DNA of 64,000 nucleotides from a virus (taxonomy: Duplodnaviria > Heunggongvirae > Uroviricota > Caudoviricetes), in the IMG/VR virus record IMGVR_UViG_3300042260_000241. One strand, given 5' to 3'. A program made the position numbers and the translations under genes. Shown in pieces: positions 30,996 through 39,556 of the stretch. Position 1 is the first letter of the stretch. Each line of letters opens with the position of its first letter. The notes beneath the pieces are model-generated. The model had not been told where the DNA came from and did not search any database. It saw only the letters and a program-made list of their open reading frames with translations.

Positions 30996-31241
30996 ATGAC
31001 TAAACTTTCTCGTCTTGAAGCTTATTTGAAATCTGGTTCTACCGCAACCCCACGCCAAATTACTGGCATGTTTGGTTTGCAGAATCCTACCGCAGCAATC
31101 CATGCACTACGTAGCAAAGGTGTTTGTGTATATGCAAACGAAGCAACTCTTTCTACTGGTGAGCGTACTGTCAAGTACGCAGTTGGTACACCAACTAAGA
31201 AGATGATTCAAATGGCACACACCTTGGGTCTCTTTGCGTAA
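30996..31241 (+). CDS. Small probable winged-helix DNA-binding protein
   Basis: 81 aa from ATG 30996 with GGAG Shine-Dalgarno; TPRQITGMFGLQNPTAAIHALRSKG helix-turn-helix-like segment plus beta wing. Confidence 0.55.
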   Translation: MTKLSRLEAYLKSGSTATPRQITGMFGLQNPTAAIHALRSKGVCVYANEATLSTGERTVKYAVGTPTKKMIQMAHTLGLFA

Positions 31242-31247
31242 TTAAAT

Positions 31248-31294
31248 TGTACTTTAAAGAGGGATCCTAGTATAATATACTTGGATCCTTTTTT
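31248..31294 (+). promoter_or_regulatory. Promoter embedded in a terminator-like inverted repeat
   Basis: TGTACT-N17-TATAAT (31248-31276); GGATCC...GGATCC stem followed by a T run. Confidence 0.65.
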
Positions 31295-31320
31295 AATTTA
31301 AAATTATAGCAAAAGAAACA

Positions 31321-31671
31321 ATGGTTACTGCAAAAGATAAAAAGAAAGATGCTGTAGCTGCATCACAAAATGCTACAACTGGTGGTCGTAAGTTTGATGG
31401 AAACAAACTCGAATATGGACTTATTCCACCTCTTGCAATGAAAGAAATGGTAAAGGTACTAACATTTGGCGCACAAAAGTATGAACGCGACAATTGGAAG
31501 AGAGTTCCGGATTCTAAGCGTAGATATTTCGATGCTCTAGAACGTCATGTGTGGGCTTGGAAAATGGGTGAACAACTTGATCCAGAATCTGGCATTCATC
31601 ACCTTGCACACGCGATGTGCTGTTTAGCTTTTCTTTATGAACATGATGTTGAATATTCTAAAGGTGAATAA
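31321..31671 (+). CDS. dATP/dGTP diphosphohydrolase-like domain protein (DUF5664 type)
   Basis: KFDGNK...LIPP, LTFGAQKY..DNW, DALERH, DPESG.HHLAHA. Confidence 0.75.
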   Translation: MVTAKDKKKDAVAASQNATTGGRKFDGNKLEYGLIPPLAMKEMVKVLTFGAQKYERDNWKRVPDSKRRYFDALERHVWAWKMGEQLDPESGIHHLAHAMCCLAFLYEHDVEYSKGE

Positions 31672-32024
31672 TGTTTAATTGTTTTAAAAAACAAGAAGTG
31701 CTTGAAAAGCAAAAACCCGTTAGGGAACAACTTCTTGAAAATGAGATTGCTAATCTTAAAGAGTTTATTGCTTCACTTGAAAGTAAGACAAGAAATTGTA
31801 CATTTGTATTTGATTTTAATGCAGTGAATGCATTTTCTGTAGAGCGCAATTGGAATAATGGCAAGGTTTGCACTGTCATTGGATATACTATTGATGAACA
31901 AACAATTCATGATAATGGTAAAATTCTAGATAAGCAAATCGTAAAGGAGTGGTATCTTTATTGCTCTGAAGAACAACATGAAAAGCTCGTGAAAGAATTT
32001 AACGAGCACAAGAAAGGAAACTAA
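31671..32024 (+). CDS. Hypothetical protein
   Basis: 117 aa, TAATG-coupled on both sides. Confidence 0.6.
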   Translation: MFNCFKKQEVLEKQKPVREQLLENEIANLKEFIASLESKTRNCTFVFDFNAVNAFSVERNWNNGKVCTVIGYTIDEQTIHDNGKILDKQIVKEWYLYCSEEQHEKLVKEFNEHKKGN

Positions 32025-32683
32025 TGGAACTCTCTAAAGACACGTTGGCACTCATTAAAAACTTTGCAAGTATTAATGGTAGTCTGATGCTTAAAGCTGG
32101 AAACAAACTTGCTACTATTTCTGAAGGCAAGAATGTAATGGCAGAAGTAAGTATCTCTGAAGACCTACCACTTGATTTTGGAATTTACGACCTCAATGAA
32201 TTTCTAAATGTTGTATCCCTCTTTCAAACCACAAACCTCGAATTCTCGGAAAAATACGTCATGGTTTCCGACGGTGGATCTAGTAAGATTAAATACTTCG
32301 CAGCAGGCGAAGGTGTCGTCAAATCGGCACCAACGACGATCAAGTTTCCAGGTGCAGACGTCAACTTTACGCTCGAAGCCGCTCAATTGGCTATGATTCA
32401 ACGAACATCTTCTGTGCTTAAAGCATCCGATGTTTCTATCGTTGGTGTTGATGGTGCACTTAAAGTTATCGTTTCCGATAAGAAGAATGATACGTCCAAT
32501 GCATATGAAGTTACTATTGGCGAAACTGATGAAACATTCAAAGCCAATATTAAAGTTGAAAACTTGAAGATGCTTCCTAACGACTATGAAGTTTCTATTT
32601 CCAAGAAGAAGATTTCTAAATTCAAGCATACCGCATCCGACCTAACTTACTACGTTGCAATCGAAGCTGACTCGGAGTTCTGA
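32024..32683 (+). CDS. gp45: Sliding clamp gp45
   Basis: LIKNFASINGS, FGIYDLNEFL, YYVAIEADS. Confidence 0.92.
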   Translation: MELSKDTLALIKNFASINGSLMLKAGNKLATISEGKNVMAEVSISEDLPLDFGIYDLNEFLNVVSLFQTTNLEFSEKYVMVSDGGSSKIKYFAAGEGVVKSAPTTIKFPGADVNFTLEAAQLAMIQRTSSVLKASDVSIVGVDGALKVIVSDKKNDTSNAYEVTIGETDETFKANIKVENLKMLPNDYEVSISKKKISKFKHTASDLTYYVAIEADSEF

Positions 32684-32826
32684 TGATAGAAGGTGTATTT
32701 AAAGGAGTAAGCGAAACCATTGCCTTTGGTTTCATTCTCCTTTGTATCTTCGTTCCACTAGGATTATGGAAACTAGTGGACATTGTCATTTGGTTATATA
32801 AACATGTGAGTATTACTATATTATGA
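32683..32826 (+). CDS. 47-aa hydrophobic mini-protein (not in ORF track)
   Basis: MIEGVFKGVSETIAFGFILLCIFVPLGLWKLVDIVIWLYKHVSITIL; TGATG and ATGA overlaps with gp45 and gp44. Confidence 0.6.
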   Translation: MIEGVFKGVSETIAFGFILLCIFVPLGLWKLVDIVIWLYKHVSITIL

Positions 32827-33761
32827 GCAAACAGTATTTGTGGGTAGAAAAGTATCGTCCTCAAACGATTGATGAATGTATTCTACCCGACTCGATGAAA
32901 AAGACTTTCCGCGAGTTTATTAACTCTGGAGAGTTGCCTAACTTCTTGTTTTGTGGGGGCGCGGGTGTAGGTAAGACCACAGTTGCTAAAGCTCTCTGTA
33001 ATGAGATTGGTGCAGAATACCTTTTCATTAACGGTTCTGAAGAATCCGGTATTGATGTTCTTCGCAATAAGATTAAGAATTTTGCATCGTCAGTTTCTCT
33101 TACTGATGCAAAGAAAGTAGTTATTCTAGATGAAGCAGATTATCTTAACGCTAATAGTACTCAGCCTGCTCTTCGTGGTTTTATTGAAGAGTTCAGTAAT
33201 AACTGTAGGTTCATCTTCACCTGTAACTTCAAAAACCGAATCATCGAACCTCTGCATTCTCGCTGTGCAGTAGTCGAATTCAAAATAGAAAATTCTGAAA
33301 AGCCAAAGATTGCTGCAGGTTTCTATAGACGTGTTCTTGATATTCTTTCGCAAGAAAAGATTGAAGCTGATGGTAAAGTTATCGCCGAGATTATCACTAA
33401 ATATTTCCCTGATTATCGTCGTGTTCTCAATGAACTCCAACGATATTCTGTCAGTGGTATTATTGATGCTGGCATTCTTGTCAATCTTGGCGATGAGTCT
33501 TACGTCGAACTTGTAAAGAATCTTAAAGTAAAGAACTTTACTGAAGTTCGTAAATGGGTTGGTAAGAACAGTGACATTGAATCAACAGAATTATTCCGTA
33601 AACTTTACGACAAAGCAATTGACTATCTTGAACTTGGATCTATTCCACAATTGGTTTTGATTCTTGCAGATTATCAATATAAGTCTGCATTTGTTGCAGA
33701 TCGTGAAATTAATACAATGGCTGCACTTACTGAAATCATGGGTCAACTAAAGTTTAAATAA
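32823..33761 (+). CDS. gp44: Clamp loader large subunit gp44
   Basis: LWVEKYRP, GVGKTT, ILDEAD, SRC motif. Confidence 0.95.
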   Translation: MSKQYLWVEKYRPQTIDECILPDSMKKTFREFINSGELPNFLFCGGAGVGKTTVAKALCNEIGAEYLFINGSEESGIDVLRNKIKNFASSVSLTDAKKVVILDEADYLNANSTQPALRGFIEEFSNNCRFIFTCNFKNRIIEPLHSRCAVVEFKIENSEKPKIAAGFYRRVLDILSQEKIEADGKVIAEIITKYFPDYRRVLNELQRYSVSGIIDAGILVNLGDESYVELVKNLKVKNFTEVRKWVGKNSDIESTELFRKLYDKAIDYLELGSIPQLVLILADYQYKSAFVADREINTMAALTEIMGQLKFK

Positions 33762-33762
33762 T

Positions 33763-34086
33763 ATGGAAACTGTATTTTTATATATTGCCATTGGCGCTAT
33801 CTGGTTTTTCATAGGCTGGAAAGCTCGTGAAATTCATGCTATGCGCATGATGAATAAAGTAATTGAACAAGTTACTGAAGATACCGTTGACGAATTTAGA
33901 AAGAAAGTCATTGACATTAAAGTTGAAAGTCACGATGGTCAACTTTTTATTTACAAAAAAGATGATGGTAGCTATTTAGCGCATGGTACTAATAAGACTA
34001 CATTAGAAGATATTCTGAATGAAAAGTTTCCAGGTAAGTTGTTTAATGCTTCCCCTGAAGATTTAGAAAAGCTTAACGCACGATGA
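33763..34086 (+). CDS. Hypothetical protein with N-terminal TM segment
   Basis: Hydrophobic FLYIAIGAIWFFIGW followed by a soluble domain. Confidence 0.6.
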   Translation: METVFLYIAIGAIWFFIGWKAREIHAMRMMNKVIEQVTEDTVDEFRKKVIDIKVESHDGQLFIYKKDDGSYLAHGTNKTTLEDILNEKFPGKLFNASPEDLEKLNAR

Positions 34087-34463
34087 GTTTTTTTGATTTT
34101 TTAAATGCAATTAATGACACTAAGAAAGATCTCTTAAAAGAAGATCCTCTTAGTGAAAAAGATTACGTACCATTCATGGTGAATCGCGGATTGTCTTACT
34201 TTCCGGATACTATACTGTATGCAAATGAAATGAATCAGCATGCAAGTATTCCGAAAGATTGGCAGTTTGACTTTTACCGAATTGGTGTGTCTAAACGTAA
34301 ACGTTTTTCAAAATGGCATAAACAGGAAAAGATTCAAGAAGATGTTAAGCTTCTTATGAAAGAGTATAATTACTCACATCAAAAAACTCTTCAAATCATA
34401 GATCTTATAAGCGAAAAACAAATGCAAGAATTGCGCGATAAGTATAAAACAGGAGGTCGTTAA
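34083..34463 (+). CDS. gp62: Clamp loader small subunit gp62
   Basis: FFDFLNAINDTK, YVPFMVNRGLSYFPDTILYANEMN, KRKRFSKW. Confidence 0.9.
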   Translation: MSFFDFLNAINDTKKDLLKEDPLSEKDYVPFMVNRGLSYFPDTILYANEMNQHASIPKDWQFDFYRIGVSKRKRFSKWHKQEKIQEDVKLLMKEYNYSHQKTLQIIDLISEKQMQELRDKYKTGGR

Positions 34464-34466
34464 ACG

Positions 34467-34474
34467 TATAAATA
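34467..34474 (+). promoter_or_regulatory. Late promoter TATAAATA upstream of regA
   Basis: Exact consensus in intergenic DNA. Confidence 0.65.
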
Positions 34475-34523
34475 CTATAGTCTAATGCTTAATTATGACA
34501 ATTATTAAAAGAAGGATTGTGAA

Positions 34524-34946
34524 ATGACTGTAGAATTAATTTATTACGATTGGTCACCAGACTCAATGCTTGAAGTGACGTTACCGGAACCAGATAACTT
34601 TTTAAAGGTTCGTGAAACTCTCACTCGCATCGGAGTGGCATCAAAAAAAGATAAAACACTATATCAATCTTGCCATATTTTACACAAGCAAGGTAGATAT
34701 TTTATTGTTCACTTCAAAGAATTGTTTGCGCTCGACGGTAAAGAGGCTAACATTACTTTAGGAGATATTGAACGCAGAAATACTATTGCCGGTCTATTAA
34801 CAGACTGGGGATTGTTGAAGATCGTTACTCCGGCGAAAGCAGAGAAACGTGTTTCGTTGTCGCAGATTAAGGTAGTATCCTTTAAGGAGAAAGCCGACTG
34901 GACTTTAACTGCCAAGTATAATATTGGCAAAAAACCAACTAAGTAA
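34524..34946 (+). CDS. regA: Translational repressor RegA
   Basis: PDNFLKVRETLTRIG, LYQSCHILHKQGRYFIVHFKELFALDG. Confidence 0.97.
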   Translation: MTVELIYYDWSPDSMLEVTLPEPDNFLKVRETLTRIGVASKKDKTLYQSCHILHKQGRYFIVHFKELFALDGKEANITLGDIERRNTIAGLLTDWGLLKIVTPAKAEKRVSLSQIKVVSFKEKADWTLTAKYNIGKKPTK

Positions 34947-34957
34947 ATGGAGAAACC

Positions 34958-35170
34958 ATGCTAAAATTTGAATTGACTCTTGACGAAGCTAACCTTATTC
35001 TTGCTGCATTGAGCAAGGCACCTTTTGAACAGGTTGCGGGTTTGATCGGCAAACTTCGTGAACAAGCTCAACCTCAGCTTCCAGCTCTTGAAGCAGCACA
35101 ACGTGCTGCTCAGGAAGCAGCACAAAAGACTATGGAAGAAACTCCAGTCGAACGCAAGCTTCCTAACTAA
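34958..35170 (+). CDS. Small helical hypothetical protein
   Basis: 70 aa, GGAG Shine-Dalgarno; LTLDEANLILAALSKAPFEQVAGLI.KL. Confidence 0.65.
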   Translation: MLKFELTLDEANLILAALSKAPFEQVAGLIGKLREQAQPQLPALEAAQRAAQEAAQKTMEETPVERKLPN

Positions 35171-35367
35171 TTCCCCTTCGGGATGGGAATGGCAGGGGAT
35201 GCGACCTACGCCATAAGTTAAAACGCATACTAATTCATCCCACTACCTTGGGAACCGTTTGACGTTCACGGTATAAGGCGTCAACCAGCTGCCTTGGCAC
35301 TGGCTAAACAAACCAAGGATAACGCTACGCCAAATGGGTAGCACTTTTAATACTCGCTTAATAGGAG
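35170..35367 (+). ncRNA. Candidate structured cis-regulatory RNA in hsp20 leader
   Basis: About 200-nt non-coding gap, more GC-rich than the flanks, with many complementary segments including a possible pseudoknot and an SD-sequestering hairpin. Confidence 0.55.
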
Positions 35368-35373
35368 AAAACT

Positions 35374-35880
35374 ATGAACGCAAAATTCATCCCAGCCGTC
35401 TGGCAAGAACAATTCAAAGACTTCGATAAATTCTTCGTCGGATTTGATGATCAGTTCACCCGTCTTCAGAAGATTCATGATGACATCACGAAGAACATTC
35501 CCAACTATCCTCCATACAACATTCGCAAAACTGGTGATAATACTTACACCATTGAAATGGCTGTTGCTGGTTTTGGTCAAAGCGAAATTGACATTGAAAT
35601 CGATGGTGGTAAATTAATAGTTCGTGGTAATGTTTCTGCTGATAATGAAGCTAATGATTACCTGTTCAAAGGAATTGCTTCACGTGCTTTCACCAGAGCT
35701 TTTGCTATCGATGATCAAATCGAAGTTAAAGACGCTGAACTTTTTAACGGTATGCTTCGTATTGCGCTAGAACGACTAGTGCCTGAAGAAAAGAAGCCAA
35801 AGAAAGTTGCAGTAAAGACTAAAGACCAAAAACAGATGTTGACCGAGGAAGAAAAAGATGAAATTGCTTCAAAGTTTTAA
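35374..35880 (+). CDS. hsp20: Small heat-shock protein (Hsp20/IbpA)
   Basis: NYPPYNI, IEMAVAGF, YLFKGIASRAFTRAF, AELFNGML. Confidence 0.95.
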   Translation: MNAKFIPAVWQEQFKDFDKFFVGFDDQFTRLQKIHDDITKNIPNYPPYNIRKTGDNTYTIEMAVAGFGQSEIDIEIDGGKLIVRGNVSADNEANDYLFKGIASRAFTRAFAIDDQIEVKDAELFNGMLRIALERLVPEEKKPKKVAVKTKDQKQMLTEEEKDEIASKF

Positions 35881-35925
35881 ACTATTCATTGAATCTTTTC
35901 GTAATTATAAGAAAGGAAAGGTAAA

Positions 35926-36069
35926 ATGAAAGACTTCTGGCAGTGGGTTATAAAAGCTTTTCAACCACAAATTCAGGATGAGATAGAGAATTATCTATCT
36001 CAAGCAGTTGACATCAAAGATCTTGAAGAACGTATGAAACGTATCATGTATCGAGGAATGCCTATTTAA
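35926..36069 (+). CDS. 47-aa protein resembling DUF3563 (not in ORF track)
   Basis: MKDFWQW...ENYLSQAVDIKDLEERMKRI; AAGG Shine-Dalgarno; family call from memory. Confidence 0.55.
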   Translation: MKDFWQWVIKAFQPQIQDEIENYLSQAVDIKDLEERMKRIMYRGMPI

Positions 36070-36080
36070 CAGGAGATATT

Positions 36081-36392
36081 ATGGGTGTAAAAGTATGCAA
36101 ATTGAGTAGCGGTGAGGATATCATCGCAGACGTTGAAGTAGATCAACATGGTTATTTGTTTTCAAATCCAGCTCAAATCGTAGTTCAACAATCACAAGAT
36201 GGTAGAGTTGGTGCAGCTTTTGCTCCATTTGCTCCATACGCAAAGGATGGAAAAGTTCGTATCTTCAAGGAATTCGTTGCTGGAGAAATGGACATTGACA
36301 TCAAATTGATTAATGAATATAATCGTATTTTTGGATCAGGAATTATGATTGCTGCGGCAAATGATATTCCACCTTCTCCAATTATTACATAA
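36081..36392 (+). CDS. Conserved T4-like hypothetical protein upstream of DNA polymerase
   Basis: KLSSGEDIIA, NPAQI, FAPFAPY, EYNRIFGSGI. Confidence 0.65.
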   Translation: MGVKVCKLSSGEDIIADVEVDQHGYLFSNPAQIVVQQSQDGRVGAAFAPFAPYAKDGKVRIFKEFVAGEMDIDIKLINEYNRIFGSGIMIAAANDIPPSPIIT

Positions 36393-36395
36393 GAT

Positions 36396-36438
36396 TGTAC
36401 TTTTAATCACCAACGGGATATAATTATTATATCCCGTT
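36396..36438 (+). promoter_or_regulatory. Promoter of gp43 overlapped by a perfect 12-bp inverted repeat
   Basis: TGTACT-N17-TATAAT (36396-36424); AACGGGATATAA-tta-TTATATCCCGTT (36412-36438). Confidence 0.75.
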
Positions 36439-36450
36439 TTCATTTCTACT

Positions 36451-38973
36451 ATGCGATTTTATACAAACATTAGCCGGTACGGCAATAATCTATTATACAG
36501 AGGCTATGATGATGGCCGAAGAGTTAAACGCAAGATTCCATTTAAGCCTACGCTTTACGTTAAAGGTAAAGGTGGATCTAAGTTCAATGCATTAGATGGT
36601 ACAAACGTAGATCCAATTAAACTGGACTCTATGCGTGAAGCGAAAGAATTCATCGAAAAATATAAAGATGTAGAGAACTTTAAGATCTATGGGAATACTA
36701 ATTACATCGCTCAGTTCATTGCTGAGGAGTTTCCCGGTGAAATTAAATTTGATCGTGCTAAAATTCGTATTCATAATATCGATATCGAAGTTGCATCCGA
36801 TGCAGGATTTCCAGAACCAGAAGAAGCTAAACATCCAGTAATCTCAATTGCTATTAAAGATAGCATTCTCGATACATACTTCGTTTGGGCTCTAGGTGAC
36901 TATGATGTAGACAAATCAATCATGAAAGAATTCCAAGTTAAGTACACGAAGTGTACTTCCGAGGAACATCTTCTTAAATTGTTTATTCAATTTTGGTTTG
37001 AAGAACATACTACGCCAGACGTAGTTACTGGTTGGAACATTCGCGGATTCGATATTCCATATCTCGTTAATCGAATTAATCGTATTCTCGGTGAAGATGA
37101 AGTTAAAAAACTTTCACCTTGGGGTATGGTTGAAGAACGCATGGTTACTATGCGTAAAGGTATGGTTCAGTTGTATGATATCATTGGTATTGCACAACTC
37201 GATTATATGGACATCTTCCAAAAGTTTGGATATTCGTTTGGTCCTCAAGAATCATATCGTCTTGATCATATTGCACACGTAGTTCTTGGTGAACGTAAAC
37301 TTGCATACGATGGTACACTACACACGCTATATCAAACTGATCACCAAAAGTTTATTGACTACAACATTAAGGACGTAGATCTTGTCGATCGTATGGAAGA
37401 CAAGATTGCTATGATTACGTTGACAATGACTATGGCTTATAAAGCAGGTGTCAACTATTCTGATACTATGGGTACTGTAGGTATTTGGGATTCGCTAATT
37501 CACAAATATTTGCTTGAACAAAATATCATTGTTCCACCGAATAAAGATAGTTTCAAATCGGATTATGAAGGCGGTTATGTTAAAGATCCACACTGTGGTG
37601 TCCATGACTGGGTGTGCAGTTTTGACGTAAACTCACTTTATCCTAACATCATTGTTCAATGGAACATGTCTCCTGAAACAATTGTTCGTAAGGTAGAACC
37701 TGGAATCACTATTGAAAAGATTCTACATGGATATGTCGCAGAAACCGCAAAAGCTAATAATATGTCTATGGCAGCAACAGGCCAATACTTCTCAAATGAG
37801 AAGCAAGGGTTTATGCCAAAGATCATTGAAGAAATGTATGATGAACGTGTTGTAATCAAGAAGAAGATGCTTGCATCTAAACAAGAACTTGAACAATGTG
37901 ATAAAACAAATAAAGCTGAAGTGTATCGTATCGAACGTGATATTGCACACTTTGAAAACCAACAAACTGCTATTAAGATTCTTCTTAACTCGCTTTATGG
38001 CGCTTTGGGTAATAAGTACTTCCGTTACTTTACGATGGAAATTGCCGAAGGTATTACTATAACTGGTCAAACGATCATTAAGTGGGGTGAGAAGCATATC
38101 AATAACTATCTCAACAAAGCACTTAAAACTAACAATGACTATGTTATCGCAATCGATACTGACTCAATTTATGCAAACTTCTCGTCACTGGTTAACGCTG
38201 TCATGCCAGACGCAGACACCGGAAAGAAAGTTGACTTCCTTTCAAAAGCCTGTAAACGAATCGAAACTGACGTTTTCGATACCGCCTTCAAAGAACTCGG
38301 TGAAAACCTAAACGTTCATAAGCTTCGTATTGGTATGAAGCGTGAAGGTATTGCTGATCGTGGTATTTGGACTGCAAAGAAACGATATATTTTAAATGTA
38401 TGGGACAATGAAGGTGTACGATATGCAAAACCAAAACTTAAAATCATGGGCATCGAGGCGATCAAATCGTCTACTCCGGCGCCGTGTAGAGAGGCTATGG
38501 AAGAACTCTTCCAGATTCTCATTAATGGTACTGAGCTTGAAACTCAATCCTTTATACAAGACTTTAGGAATAGATTTGATGCTTTACCCGTCGAAGAAAA
38601 AGCATTCCCACGTGGTGTATCCTCCCTCAAGCAATATGCGGATGCTAAGCTAATCTATAAGAAGTCTACTCCAATCAATTCACGCGCTGCATTAATGTAT
38701 AACCATTTACTTAAGCAGCACGGATTGGAGAATAAATATGAAACCATTAAGGAAGGTGAAAAGATTAAATACATTCACTTAAATCCAAAGAATCCTACTC
38801 GTGAGGATGTAATTGGATTTTCGCAAGTACTTCCACCTGAATTTGGTTTACATCGTTATATTGATAATCAAACACAGTTTGAAAAATCATTCCTCGATCC
38901 TGCTAAAATCATTTTAGATTCTATCGGATGGAAAGCAGAAGAGGAAGCTTCGTTAGAGGATTTCTTTGGATGA
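36451..38973 (+). CDS. gp43: Family B DNA polymerase gp43
   Basis: DIEV exonuclease motif, SFDVNSLYP, KILLNSLYG, IDTDS, KKRY; 840 aa, no intein-sized insertion. Confidence 0.98.
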   Translation: MRFYTNISRYGNNLLYRGYDDGRRVKRKIPFKPTLYVKGKGGSKFNALDGTNVDPIKLDSMREAKEFIEKYKDVENFKIYGNTNYIAQFIAEEFPGEIKFDRAKIRIHNIDIEVASDAGFPEPEEAKHPVISIAIKDSILDTYFVWALGDYDVDKSIMKEFQVKYTKCTSEEHLLKLFIQFWFEEHTTPDVVTGWNIRGFDIPYLVNRINRILGEDEVKKLSPWGMVEERMVTMRKGMVQLYDIIGIAQLDYMDIFQKFGYSFGPQESYRLDHIAHVVLGERKLAYDGTLHTLYQTDHQKFIDYNIKDVDLVDRMEDKIAMITLTMTMAYKAGVNYSDTMGTVGIWDSLIHKYLLEQNIIVPPNKDSFKSDYEGGYVKDPHCGVHDWVCSFDVNSLYPNIIVQWNMSPETIVRKVEPGITIEKILHGYVAETAKANNMSMAATGQYFSNEKQGFMPKIIEEMYDERVVIKKKMLASKQELEQCDKTNKAEVYRIERDIAHFENQQTAIKILLNSLYGALGNKYFRYFTMEIAEGITITGQTIIKWGEKHINNYLNKALKTNNDYVIAIDTDSIYANFSSLVNAVMPDADTGKKVDFLSKACKRIETDVFDTAFKELGENLNVHKLRIGMKREGIADRGIWTAKKRYILNVWDNEGVRYAKPKLKIMGIEAIKSSTPAPCREAMEELFQILINGTELETQSFIQDFRNRFDALPVEEKAFPRGVSSLKQYADAKLIYKKSTPINSRAALMYNHLLKQHGLENKYETIKEGEKIKYIHLNPKNPTREDVIGFSQVLPPEFGLHRYIDNQTQFEKSFLDPAKIILDSIGWKAEEEASLEDFFG

Positions 38974-39548
38974 ATAATTTATCACATTATGTTCGTGTTT
39001 ACGATAACGCGTTTTCTGAACCATTTTGTAAATTTCTAATTTATCAATATGAATTAGAAAAACAAAAATTTCAAACAGCACGTATTTCTGAACACGAGTG
39101 GGACTTTGATTATAGATGTTTTGAAGAAGTAAACATTTGTGCTGAAGACGTATTTAAACCATATCTTCAGCAATATTATGATCGTATAAAACACGTGTAT
39201 ACACAATATACGAAAGACATTGGATCAAAATATCTTCCAAGCGACGTAAATTTAGAAAGCGCTCGTTTGAAGAAATACGAAAACAATGACAATGATCAAT
39301 TTGGTTGGCATACTGATGTTGGAGATGCTTCTTCAGCAAGTAGATTCCTAGTTATGTTTACGTATCTAAATGACGTAGATGAAGGCGGAGAAACTGAATT
39401 TGAATCAGATGAAAATAATCTGTTTACAGTTAAGCCCAAATGTGGTAGAATAGTAGTATTCCCGCCAATGTGGACATTTCCGCATCGTGGTAAGAAACCT
39501 ATCAGCAATCCAAAGTATATCTTATCGACATACTTACACTACAAATAG
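38970..39548 (+). CDS. 2OG-Fe(II) oxygenase (prolyl-hydroxylase-like)
   Basis: WHTD, YLNDVDEGGETEF, FPPMWTFPHRG, KYILST; ATGA overlap with gp43. Confidence 0.85.
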   Translation: MNNLSHYVRVYDNAFSEPFCKFLIYQYELEKQKFQTARISEHEWDFDYRCFEEVNICAEDVFKPYLQQYYDRIKHVYTQYTKDIGSKYLPSDVNLESARLKKYENNDNDQFGWHTDVGDASSASRFLVMFTYLNDVDEGGETEFESDENNLFTVKPKCGRIVVFPPMWTFPHRGKKPISNPKYILSTYLHYK

Positions 39549-39556
39549 GAAATACA

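Noticed and set aside
35170-35367. tRNA gene in the structured intergenic gap
   Set aside because: No cloverleaf, TTCRA T-loop or matching acceptor stem could be built by eye
38970-39548. TET/JBP dioxygenase forming a 5mC-to-hmC route with the MTase
   Set aside because: Motifs are prolyl-hydroxylase-like, it lies far from the MTase gene, and gp42 already provides hmC
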